Made by a program: the position numbers and the translations under genes | Notes under the pieces: model-generated | What the model was told of the DNA's origin: nothing | What the model saw: the letters and a program-made list of their open reading frames with translations, nothing else | Database searches by the model: none | Assembly: GCA_000708835.1 (NCBI GenBank) | Contig: DF237336.1 | Span: 25,454 to 89,453, forward strand | Direction: 5' to 3' | DNA: 64,000 bases | Origin: Klebsormidium nitens | Taxonomy: Eukaryota; Plantae; Klebsormidiophyceae | Shown: positions 47,801 through 58,042 of the stretch, piece after piece | Layout of the letters: each line of letters begins with the position of its first letter | Numbering within the stretch: position 1 is the stretch's first letter

Positions 47801-50222
47801 GCCTAATCGGAGTCTACTGACATGGCAGTTGCTGAATCCAGAAGGTTTTGATTCTGCAGAGCTTTAGCAAAAGGAACGGCAGGCCTGTATGCCCTTTTTG
47901 GTCAAAGTCAGCGAAGGCTTAGTCTGTTGCGCGACAGATTCCTGCAACGGAACCATTGTGCTGCCGTATGCGCAACAGGGTTCCGATTTACGCCACGGAT
48001 TTGCTCTCTTCCAGGAAATATACGTTAGACTGTCCCAAACCTTCTGAGAAGGGAGGATTTCTGGGGAGCAATTCGTTTGTGGTGACGTGGCAGCTCTCTG
48101 AAGTGGAGCAGCTGTCAGTTAGCGGAAAGGAGGCGTTGTCGAACCTTGATGGATCTCCAAATACTGATGCTGCGTCTAGCTTTCACCGACCTGAAATGAG
48201 TCTATCGATGCTAACGCTTGTAAGTGCCTTGTGTTTTCTTTTTATTTCATTCGAATGTCTTGGACCAGACGAACCACAAACAGGCCCGAGATGTTGTGAA
48301 TGTCGACAAGATTCTCAATCCGCACGTTACCTTTTTGCAGGCACCCTCGTCGAGCAAGACATACGTTCTCAAGCTTGAGGAAGCCTTCAAGCAGCGCTTC
48401 CCGAGCGACGGCCCGACCGCAAAGTCGGGGAAGTTCTTCTACTCCAAGCCGACGACGGAAGCGGCGAAAGACGCCCTCGAGCTGGCGGTTACTGACCCCG
48501 ACACTCACATGACGGCAGATCTGTGCGCCTCCTCGCCTGTGATCGGCCCTGGCATCTCGCGAGAGCGGCCGCACTTCGACAAGCTCATCGCTTTTGCGAT
48601 GAACAGCTTCGAGCGCGGTCCGACCGTCGAAACGTTCCTCCAGCAGCTCTTCCGCGATCGCACTGTCACCGACTTCACGATCTATGTGAAGGAAGGCGCG
48701 GGCCCCCAATGGCTTCCTTCCACCGTTGAGGACGTCTTCTGCGCGATCGAAGATGACGATCGCGAGCTTGCCAAGCTGCTTGGCAGCACCGAGCATCTGG
48801 ACTTTCTGTTGGCCCCCTCGGGAATGCGGCCAGTCTGTGACAGGAACTCCCCCAGCTGCGTTTTGTACGCGAACAACATCCTCACGGTCGCCAACAGCTT
48901 CCGGAATTACCGGGAGCTCCTGTGCGCTGACCTCATCAAGCAGGGCTTTGTCGTCAATGAGGTCTGTCTCGACGACAAAGCCCCATCCGTTCAGGTGCGC
49001 AGAGTGGCCAACGACGACGACAAAGATCTTGCCGACGATGTTTGGCGGGCCAGGTATGTGGTCGATGACGAGGCGTATGGCAAACTCCTCCAGAAAGATG
49101 AAATCGACACGCTGGATGAGGTGGAGGTGCGGCAGAAACATATCTATGAGTGCATCCGCAATGTGCACAAGGTTGATCCTCGTCGGGTCGACCACAACTA
49201 CGAGGTGGTGCACTGCGGCAAGGAGCTCGTTCCGTACCAGAACTACATCAGGTGAGGGCCGAATAGAAGCAAGCTGTGACTTGGTCGAATCGATTCTGCT
49301 CTGGTCTTTTCACCGTTTTGTCAGATCAAGTGCGAGATCTTTCTCTGCTTGTTCCAAGCAATCAACGCTTCTAAGCATTGCCTCTTTGCATTTTGGGCTT
49401 TCAATCGTCTCTGCCATCTTTCTCTGCGCCTTGCAAAAAGATGTCGGTTGCATTCTTCAGCTGTTGTAAGAGTGACGCCATATGACTGCTAAATGCAAGG
49501 AGTCAACTTGTCATCTGGCAAACACGAGGTGGACCAGACGCAAGCAGATTTCGTGATCAAGCTTTCTGCAGGCTCTAGTTCATACTGACGATATCATGTG
49601 CGTGCGCACAGGGAGAGGAACGGATGGTTTGGATGCGACCCAGCTGCTGTTGGAGTGTAACACCCTGTGTGACTCTTTAATGGCTTTCCTTGACAGGTTT
49701 CAAACGACCCCTTTCTTTGACATCATGGACGAGCTTACGAGAGCCTTGAAGGAAGGTGACATGGAGGGCGTCACAAAGGAGTACGTCGCTGCCAGGGGCG
49801 ACATGTCGCGTCGGGTGCCCTTTGCCGCGATGCTTCTGGCAGCTCTGTTGGGGTGCCAGCCAGGGGAAGTGGAAAGGTGTAAAGAGGATGGGTTTGCGGT
49901 GGAGGAGGATACATTGCAAGTGATCCACGACACGGTGCTCGGGCCAACGCCTGAGCGGCTCAGCTTCGTTCGCGACTTTTACGGGATAGACCAGCCGGCT
50001 CGGGACCTGTCAGCAACAATGAAGCGTAATGCCATCAAGAAGATTCTCCACGTAGGCCTCGGGCTCAACCATGTCGCACCAAAGAAGTCCAACGGGAAAT
50101 TTGTTGCTGGCCGGCCCCACCTTTTCAAGCCGCTATTGTGGCAGGAAGTGCGAGAGAAGTACGGTCAGCTCGATGAGTACGAGGCGGCACTACCGATAGA
50201 GAGATGCATGATACGCACGTAG
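44858..50222 (+). CDS. Spliced AEP primase (PrimPol/NCLDV-herpes type, with Zn finger) fused to a UL9-like SF2 origin-binding helicase
   Basis: Exon 44858-46026: LYYDLD (motif I), FSVHG (II), WDGSVYSK..WRMLRSSK (III) and C..H..N..C..C Zn finger. Phase-2 intron 46027-46811. Exon 46812-47529: ANKGIGKS, VIMDEMD and GMDA. Phase-0 intron. Exon 48341-49251: APSSSKT and SPVIGPGIS. Last exon about 49572-50222; that junction is unresolved. Confidence 0.8.
46257..46762. repeat. Repeat family A, array 2: about 4.5 units of 115-122 bp, inverted relative to array 1, lying inside the primase-helicase intron
   Basis: Units start at 46261, 46383, 46502 and 46617 (cagtcaaaacttcccgtc..tataagcattgcag..gaactcttgactcgcaagcaagcccggccat). 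The reverse complement aligns to array 1 units. Confidence 0.9.
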
Positions 50223-50709
50223 AAGTAGCTTCGGGTGCTGGTCGGTACGAGGAGGACCCTAGTGCAGAAGTGATAATCATGATTTATTGATTATTGAAGC
50301 AAAGGGTTGGCGCCGTTTTTTTCAGAACATTTTGAGGAGCTGTTGACTGTAGTGATACTTTTTTACTTACAAAGTAAAAAGTTGCACCATTGCTTGTGTT
50401 AAAAAGGGGATTCTGGATTCCGAGCATTGCGCCATTCAATATCACTGAAGACAGTGTACATCATGAAAATTGTCGTACTTGCATATGAGTGATCAGGAAT
50501 GTGTAAGCTTATGCTTGAAGGCAATCATCTTGACTGCTAGATGCCATCATGAGCCCGGACCACGGATTTGAATAAAGATGCAGGCTGTAATGGCCGACAT
50601 ACTCACATGCTAGTCAACACTTGCACCATTACTACTTGATTGTTCAATATTGAGAGGCAACTTTTGACTATTTGTCATAGTCGCTTACAACCCTTTCTAA
50701 AGATCATAG

Positions 50710-51237
50710 ATGACAACCGTGATGACCCCGACAGCCACGCCTTCTAGCTCGCGTGTCGCGCATGTACTTAGGGTGACAGTATGGGAGCTGGATATATCAA
50801 CGATGGAGCAACTTCCGGATGGGTGCATGCTTTTTCGAGCCGTAGGGGTCATCTTCGAAGGCCGTCAGGAATGCATTCGCAAGCTTCGACCCGGCCAGGA
50901 GCTTGTGCTTCGCAAGCATTTGGGGAACGGATATGCCATATACGCTATTGGAGTTTTTGACCCGGCGGATCGCGAGAATCCTTTGGGGTTCGTTGCGCGC
51001 AACATCAAGGATCATGGAGTGTTTGACACGGTCCGCCAAAGGTCGGAGATGCCGGCACGGGTGCATCGCATCAATCAAGGCAGAGGCCGACATGGGCTGT
51101 GGGGATTCATGGTTGCGATTGCGGCGGACCGCGCAGCGTCCCCTGTTGCGGCCTTTGGTACAAGCACCAACATGCCTCATGTTGATCATGTTTTCGATGA
51201 TAGAGTCTGCCAGATTGTGATCAACCGGCGAACTTGA
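50710..51237 (+). CDS. Stand-alone HIRAN-domain protein, copy 1 (175 aa, intronless)
   Basis: FRAVGVIFEGRQECIRKLRPGQELVLRKHLGNGYAIYAIGVF..LGFVAR fits the HIRAN pattern VxGVxFxGRQ..L.L.REPxNxYDxxAIxV..LGYVP. Confidence 0.7.
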   Translation: MTTVMTPTATPSSSRVAHVLRVTVWELDISTMEQLPDGCMLFRAVGVIFEGRQECIRKLRPGQELVLRKHLGNGYAIYAIGVFDPADRENPLGFVARNIKDHGVFDTVRQRSEMPARVHRINQGRGRHGLWGFMVAIAADRAASPVAAFGTSTNMPHVDHVFDDRVCQIVINRRT

Positions 51238-51300
51238 TTTGTAACACGTGACAGGTGGCAGCTCGAGAAGAAGCTGGTTCNNNNNNNNNNNNNNNNNNNN

Positions 51301-51590
51301 ATCTAATGGGCGTTTCTGGTATATCCTGCAGGGCATGGCCGGGCTGGCCCATCAAGCGCAGGGTACGGCCATCCGGCGCACAATGATGGTGTACCAAGAA
51401 ATGCTGTATTACTTTCTTTAGAATCTAATGGGCGTTTTCTGGTACAACCTGCAGGGCATGGCCGGGCTGGCCCATCAAGCGAGATTCCAGCCATCCAGCG
51501 CACAATCAGAGTGTACCAGAAAACGCTGTATTACTTTCTTTAGAACCTAATGGGCCTTTTCTGGTACATCCTGAAGGGCATGGCCGGGCC
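51301..51590. repeat. Repeat family B, array 1: 122-bp units with dyad TGTACCAGAAAA..TTTTCTGGTACA (left end hidden by a 20-N gap)
   Basis: The a(t/c)ctaatggg motif recurs at 51301, 51423 and 51545. A perfect 12-bp inverted repeat lies at 51512-51523 / 51557-51568 with a 33-bp spacer. Confidence 0.9.
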
Positions 51591-51672
51591 CTTCGAAAAG
51601 GTGTGCACCTCTGCAGCGCCGCGAGCATTTACTTTGTAAGGATATCGCAGTGTTTACTTTGTAAGATTCCGG

Positions 51673-52068
51673 GTGTCTGCAGGACCGCTGGTATCGTGGC
51701 AGGACTCTCGACGCTTATCTTCCACCATTCTGCTTGCGCAGGATCTGCAGCCTTTGGGGAACGGATATGATATATACGCTATTGGAGTTTTTGACCCGGC
51801 GGATTGCGAGAATCCTCTGGGGTTCGTTGCGCGCGACATCAAGGATCATAGAATGTTTGAGATGGTCCGCCAAAGGTCGGAGATGCCGGCACGGGTGCAC
51901 CGCGTCAATCAAGGAAGAGGCCGATATGGGCTGTGGGGATTCATGATTGCGATTGCGGACCGCGCATTGTCTCCTGTTGCGGCCTTTAGTACAAGCACCA
52001 ACATGCCTCATGTTGATCATGCTTTCGATGATAAGATCTGCCAGATTGTGATCAAATGGCGATTCTGA
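51673..52068 (+). pseudogene. HIRAN-domain protein, copy 2, 5'-truncated or diverged
   Basis: 51752-52110 closely matches 50920-51280, including the 3' flank tgatttgtaacacgtgacaggtggcagctcgagaagaagctgg. The N-terminal VGVIFEGRQ strand is missing. Confidence 0.7.
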
Positions 52069-52146
52069 TTTGTAACACGTGACAGGTGGCAGCTCGAGAA
52101 GAAGCTGGATTATTGGATTCTTTTGTGCGCCGTATTTAACAATTAA

Positions 52147-52698
52147 ATGGATACAATCCTTGGGTACCGCCCGCGGTCGCGCTCTGCAATTCTTGAGATG
52201 GATCGTTCTGTGCTACAGAGCGCTCGGTGTGCTATTATAAGAAGCTTTCAAGAATTTGGATTGCTTGAAACTGTTCTTGATGCTGCGGCTCTCGGCGGCA
52301 TGCGAGCGCTTACCGAACCGCATGACCCAAGTCACATAACCAGAGCGCTCGTGCGAGCATTGATTGCCGAGGGTTTTGATGCCTTCTGGGATAAGTCGGG
52401 GTTGAACGGGCCGTACGGTGTGAAAGTGAGTTGGCGAAGCGCCTTGCATCGCGCAACTCAAGCACGACGCCGTGCACGGAAGTTGCGAGTTAGAACGGCA
52501 CATACAAACGAGCATGATACAGGGGCGTCATCTCCCAAGATTCGCGCAACACCAAGAGCTGACTCCCCATCCTATTCGTGTCGTGCCCCAAGTATCATTT
52601 GGGACGACAGCGAGCCGGTTCTGGGGCTCGAGATGCTTGCAAATCCGCTTAAGGCTCGAGTGGCTCACGAAGCCTCTGTAAAAACGTCGCCCAGATAA
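52147..52698 (+). CDS. Hypothetical protein (183 aa, intronless)
   Basis: ATG-initiated ORF with a globular-looking N-terminal about 100 aa (..LIAEGFDAFWDKSGLNGPYGVKVSW). No family recognised. Confidence 0.45.
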   Translation: MDTILGYRPRSRSAILEMDRSVLQSARCAIIRSFQEFGLLETVLDAAALGGMRALTEPHDPSHITRALVRALIAEGFDAFWDKSGLNGPYGVKVSWRSALHRATQARRRARKLRVRTAHTNEHDTGASSPKIRATPRADSPSYSCRAPSIIWDDSEPVLGLEMLANPLKARVAHEASVKTSPR

Positions 52699-53069
52699 CG
52701 GGAATGTGCTATAAGTCCTCAATTCTCATTTTTGTACACCTCCAGTCACAGTATCCAGGGCTAGTGTATTTTGCTAGCAAAATGAACCGCCAGCTTGGAG
52801 ACCAAGTCGGGTTTTGGAGATCGTTATAACCGTTTTCACTGTTAAAAGCTGCTACCCATCTCAATTTCGTACGATCGATTTTGAACGTGGCCATTCATGG
52901 TATCCCGGATTGAGGACGTTCGGATGGTCAAAAAAATCTTAGCAGTATCCAGATAATGTGAAACATGCAAGGGCCCATATAAAGCACGAGACATATAACC
53001 ACCGTAACACAAGGGGAAAGGCTACTGCGCTCGGCATTCGAGGATGGCACTCGAAAGGGTATATATATA

Positions 53070-54032
53070 TTGTTGACGATTCAACAATATATCAATCATG
53101 TCATGCGCTTGTTTCAAGGGTTCAAACGACAACGAGACTTTACCAGCTTCGATTGGATCAAGGATGCCGACGGGATCATCAAGTATTTTCAAGAAGCGTA
53201 TCCCACAAAGCTATCGATGCGGGCCACTGGAATTAACCCGCTCCTTGTGATAGCGCGCAAAGCGTTTCCCGATGACAAACAGCTGTATGATACCTATTAC
53301 CAACGGTACTCGGATATTCGAAAGCTCATGGAAGATGCAAAACCTCCTCCCCAGCAGTTGACAGAGCGGGAAGCGGCCAATTGAAAAACCCTGGACCAAA
53401 TCAATGAACGCCGAAAGGAGCTGCAAAGGCACGTGAATCGCAAGATTCTACACAAGAGGCCCGGAGAATTAAGCGATGAGGACAAATTCGTGCTTTTTCG
53501 CCATCTCATACTGTGCCTTTATAGCTATCAACCAGCAATTCGAAATGACTACAGCAACTGTCCCATTGTGCGCTTGAAAGACACCAAAACTGCCGAGGCA
53601 CGTGAGATCATGTCTGGTTCCGGAAACTATCTCTTGGAGATTGCACAAGACCAATTCCGCCTAGTATTGAACGATTTCAAGACCGTCAAGCACCATGGGC
53701 CTACTTCAATCGACATGTCGACACGATGCAACAATGTAATTGCCGAAAGCCTTCAGGTCTTTCCCCGAAAGTTTCTCTTGTCTCACATCAAGTCGCCCGA
53801 CAAGCCCATGAGTCGAAACTATCTCACCAAGTTTTGCAGCACTGGCCTTTTTAAAGACGCAAGTGTGGGCTCGTGCCTCCTTCGCAAGATCTGTGTCAGC
53901 AACTTCTTCAAAGATGCTCCGAGCATTGCCGAGCGCGACGAGCTCGCGCGGAGCATGTTGCACACGGCAACTATGGCACAACGAACCTACGAGAAGAAGT
54001 TTAACCCGGATGGAAGTTGCATCCAATTTTGA
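53070..54032 (+). pseudogene. Divergent tyrosine recombinase/integrase of the virophage/Polinton-like-virus/NCLDV type, with one in-frame TGA (53382-53384)
   Basis: ORFs 53070-53384 and 53433-54032 share a frame. Catalytic pattern: LYSYQPAIRND (R), LVLNDFKT.K.HG (K), LLRKI (R), LARSMLHT (H) and TY (Y). Confidence 0.8.
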
Positions 54033-54410
54033 ACGATCCTGGACCTTCCTGTCCATCTGAGATACTTTGATGCTCGTGAATGCATCCAGAGGAAGGGTGG
54101 GTGCTTTGATCTCACTCTCCATGTCCATAGAGCTAGTCATCTGGGGCACCTTAAATCCGGCATCCAAAAGACGTCGTGCTGTAGATTTGTGGAGCTTTTT
54201 CGTTCGGCCATTTATGAATCTTTGATATGCTTTCCGTAACAGAATTTCGTCATGATGTCTGTAATGGTATGCCCTCATACTTGCGTTGTGCTTTTCTGGG
54301 TGAATCTTGGCATATTCTCTGTGTTTTTGACACGCTCGACACGGGCATGGGTTGTGCAATTGTGTTGCATAAGAGGCATCAAAGAAGCTCTCATTCATGT
54401 GGTGGACCAT
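53706..54410 (-). CDS. Small basic hypothetical protein convergent on the recombinase; only the N-terminal about 120 aa outside the overlap is convincing
   Basis: CPCRAC followed by the K/R/H/Y-rich helix KHREYAKIHPEKHNASMRAYHYRHHDEILLRKAYQRF, a composition common in small virus-like DNA-binding ORFs. Confidence 0.45.
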   Translation of the reverse strand: MVHHMNESFFDASYATQLHNPCPCRACQKHREYAKIHPEKHNASMRAYHYRHHDEILLRKAYQRFINGRTKKLHKSTARRLLDAGFKVPQMTSSMDMESEIKAPTLPLDAFTSIKVSQMDRKVQDRSKLDATSIRVKLLLVGSLCHSCRVQHAPRELVALGNARSIFEEVADTDLAKEARAHTCVFKKASAAKLGEIVSTHGLVGRLDVRQEKLSGKDLKAFGNYIVASCRHVD

Positions 54411-54522
54411 TTTGAGTCCTGATGATGTGTGAGATTATATTTGCGATGCTTCAACCGCAACTCGATTCAGGTGCGTTTCTCTGACGTGCTTTTATTTCCT
54501 TGTGTGACACAAGGACCTTGGC

Positions 54523-57417
54523 ATGTCTGCATCTGTGAGTGGCGCTCAACAAGCTGGCGGCTCTTGGGCCTCGGCCCCAGGATCTTTCAAAGCCCTAGGC
54601 CCTCATGATGTCGATGAGAGGCTTGTGCTTGTTACCCAAGATGGCCGACTTCATGTGCCTGCAGAGAATGCTCCGATTCAGCCTCATAACAAGCAAAAAT
54701 ATTGGTTGGTAGATGCGATGCGAGCTTTATACAAGCAAGGCATGTACACGGTCCCTCTACGGCTTCAGATGATCAGGGGCAAGAAGGATGCAAGCTTCAG
54801 CGGCGGCGCCTACACGCCCTTGATGGAGTCGTTGGATGGTTGGAAAGAGAATATCAATGCATACATTGCTCGAGCTTCAACAAAAGTGAATGCTTTGGCT
54901 GTACTATGCGGCATATCAGACATCTATGTCGTAGACGTAGACGCAAAGGGAGCTCCGGCCCAAGGGAATAAGCCTGCCAAAGAGGCTGGAATACAGCTCT
55001 GGGAGCGCTTGGTAGAGCAGTATGGTGATATTGAGACATTGAAGGCTCGCACCGGATCAAGAGCGGGATTGCATGTGTATTTTAGCGCAAGCAAAACCGT
55101 TGGTCTGGTGAAGAACGCCAACTTCTCAGGTGTTGCATATGATAACTTAAAGACATGGGCTATCGATGGCCGTGGGCAAGACGGGATTGCTTTCATCTCT
55201 CCATCCAAGTACTACGATGAAAAAAGGACGGAGTACGGCTACCATTGACTTGATTGTGACGAATCAGCACCTCGTGTTGGGATGCCGAGCTGGTTGGTTA
55301 GCTTTCTTAACGAGAGCGCATTCACGGAAGAGCCTCATGCTAAATTCCAATCGTCAAAGGCTTTGCCAACGCCTAGCATTGAAGCGAGCGCGCCCTCAAG
55401 CATTGTAGGGGGTCCTCCCGACACTAGATTGCCTGGATTGGACGCCGCGCTCAAGAGAATCAAGAAGCTCCTCCAAGATAAAGCGCCAGGGGATCGGAGT
55501 CGATTCAGGGGAGTTGGAAAAAGAAGCGCAACGGGCTGGCAAATTCTCAGGTTTAGAACAGTCGGCGTTCGTACATGTTTGAACGGTCACCAACACGACG
55601 CGAACCAGTTCAGCATCCTGAGCAACGGGTGCGTTCTCGTCTACCGCTGCCTGAGCCCTGGGTGCATTGATCGACCAAAGCCCCTGTTAGGCATACATTT
55701 TTGGCCCGAGTGTCTGCCGCTGAGGGTGGCCGGGGGGCTTTTCAGGGAATACGAACGCTATGTGCTCCCTTTTGAGCCACCCAAAGAAGATGGCAACAAG
55801 ACGAAGAAACAAAAGGAAGATGACCGCACAAAAAAGACGAAATTGGACCTGCTGAATCTCACAATGCACATCATGAACCACTACTTCGCTGTCATTCGCT
55901 CGACAAAGGCAATATACCTTGAGACAGTCTATTTGCGAAATCCAAACGGCCAGCTTCTGCCGGAGGAGACCATCATTCGATCTGGCCGTGACTTCCTCGA
56001 AGTATGCAAAAATCTCCAGCTTCAGTGTCTGCCGGGGAATTGCAAGGAGGTTGCCAGATTTTGGGAGAGCAGTTCAAAACGCCGGAAATACGATCAGCTA
56101 GTGTTCGAGCCGGATCCATCCAAAATGTCCTCACGGCACTTCAACCTGTTCAGCGGGTTGAAGTTCCAACCAATTGAAAGCAAATTGACGGAGTCAGAGC
56201 TCGTAGAGTGCGAGGAACACATGCCAAAGCTCATGTGGCACCTCCGCAACATCTTGTGCGATGGCTCAAGTGAGCGCTTTGACTACACCATCCATTGGAT
56301 GGCGCATGCCGTTCAAAAACCTTGGAAGAAGATGGGCGTTGCCCTAGTATTTCGAGGCGGGCAAGGGAGCGGAAAGTCGTCGTTGTGGAGATTCTTTGGA
56401 CGCATGATCCTCGGCGTCAGGTATTGTCTTTACTGCAACCAGATTGAAACGATGATTGGCAAATTCAATTCACTAGGAGCCAACAAGCTTCTCATTGTCT
56501 TTGACGAGGCGAGCAATTGGGGCGGAGCATTTCGAATGAACGATCGAATGAAGTCGCTAATCACTGAGGACGAGACGTGTTTAGAGCACAAAGGCCGCGA
56601 TCCAATCACAGTGCAGGACAAGAGCAACATTGTGTTCACTACGAACAACTACTGGCCTGTGAAACGGGATTCGGATGATCGCCGATATGCTTGCCAGCAG
56701 TGCTCTAATGCCAAGATGGGAGACAAGCCATACTTTGATGCACTCCTGGCAGAGTTGGAGAAACCTGAGACTCCATATCACCTCCATCGATACCTGTCAT
56801 CCATTGACATTTTCCACTGGGATCCCCAAAAAGTGCCGGTCACGGCTTGGGGAGAGGGTTTGAAGGAGCACTCAATCCCACCTCATGTCAATATGATGCA
56901 AGCGCTTCTTGAGAACGGCTGCTTCCATCCTTCTTTGGAGACGTGGGTTGCATCAACCGACATCAAGCGGACATTTGACACCTTCTTGCTTCAATTGGAT
57001 ATCAAGGAGGATCCACATACCGATGTCAACATCTTGATGCGCTCTCTCAACTCCATTTTTAATATGAGGCCGCAGGCTCGCTCGATCCAGGGGGTGCGGA
57101 CCCACAAGGGATGGTGGTTCTCCCCACAGGGCGCTATCTGCGAGGCCCTCCACAAAGGCAAGCTTCTGAGCACGACCGTGGAATGGGTGGACACCTGGCA
57201 ACGGCACGAATACACCGAAGATGAAGAGGGGCCGTGGATGACCAATCCAGAAGCTTTCAAGAAGCTGATTGGTGATCCAAAAGAGTTGCGGCAATCTGCT
57301 GCAGCGCAAAAGTGCTCGTTCTGCTTGAACATTCATCAGTGGGAGGTGAGGAGAGACGCAAATGGGAATGTTGTAACTCGAGACAGAACAAGAGATGATT
57401 CTTCTCAAGGCAATTGA
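54523..57417 (+). pseudogene. Bifunctional primase-polymerase (Prim-Pol) + Zn module + SF3 (D5/DUF5906-like) helicase, about 964 codons, with one in-frame TGA (55246-55248)
   Basis: Prim-Pol motifs IYVVDVD, RTGSRAGLHVYF and IDGRG..FISPS, then YH*LDCDESAPRVGMPSWL in frame into the 711-aa ORF. That ORF has CLNGHQH..YRCLSPGC, Walker A GGQGSGKS, Walker B IVFDE, motif C VFTTNN and DDRRY. Intronless. Confidence 0.88.
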
Positions 57418-57427
57418 GTACGAATCA

Positions 57428-57959
57428 GCTTATTACTCTCTTATTACCCTTGCCGCAACACACACACACATGAAAGTGCCCATGAAAGAAGCCTTAACCA
57501 CATATCACTATTACTCTATTACCCTATTACCCACTCAATTGGATATACAGATTGAGTTTTCTCATTACCTATATCACTACATGACAGATAGAACTTGAGG
57601 CGATGGGTAATGACAAATAGGGTAATACCAATGATCATCAACGACTCCGCATCATGATTGTACTCTTGTCTTAACGGTCATGTGTGATTGTGTAGGATGA
57701 AAAAGAGCATTGAACATGCAATGAAGGGAAATCAATGAAGTGATTCAAGAATGCTAAATAGCTTATTACTCTTTGATTACCCTTACACAACATGCACACA
57801 CATGACAGTATCCACGAAAGACGCCTTAACAACACATGATGTCTATTACTCTATTACCCTATTACCCACTCATTTTGGATATACAGAGTCTCCTCAACAC
57901 CCCCGTCACCACATGAAAGAATAGAACTTGAGGCGGTGGGTAATGAGTAATAGGGTAAT
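57428..57959. repeat. Two diverged about 200-bp direct copies (57428-57626 and 57760-57959), each with 8-bp CTATTAC(C/T) iterons and their inverted counterparts
   Basis: ctattactctattaccctattacccac ... gtgggtaatgagtaatagggtaat in copy 2, with a near-identical layout in copy 1 (offset 332 bp). Confidence 0.85.
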
Positions 57960-58042
57960 GAGGCCAATCAGCAGCCCCGTATCCTCTTTATCAGGTCTGT
58001 CAATGGACTGTTAGCCTCTCTCCAAAAGACCGCGTACTTTGA

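Noticed and set aside
53070-57417. Alternative genetic code (UGA=Trp) for the element
   Set aside because: All other Trp codons I inspected in these genes are TGG and the Prim-Pol ORF ends at a TGA (57415-57417). One internal TGA per gene fits mutation or editing better than code reassignment.
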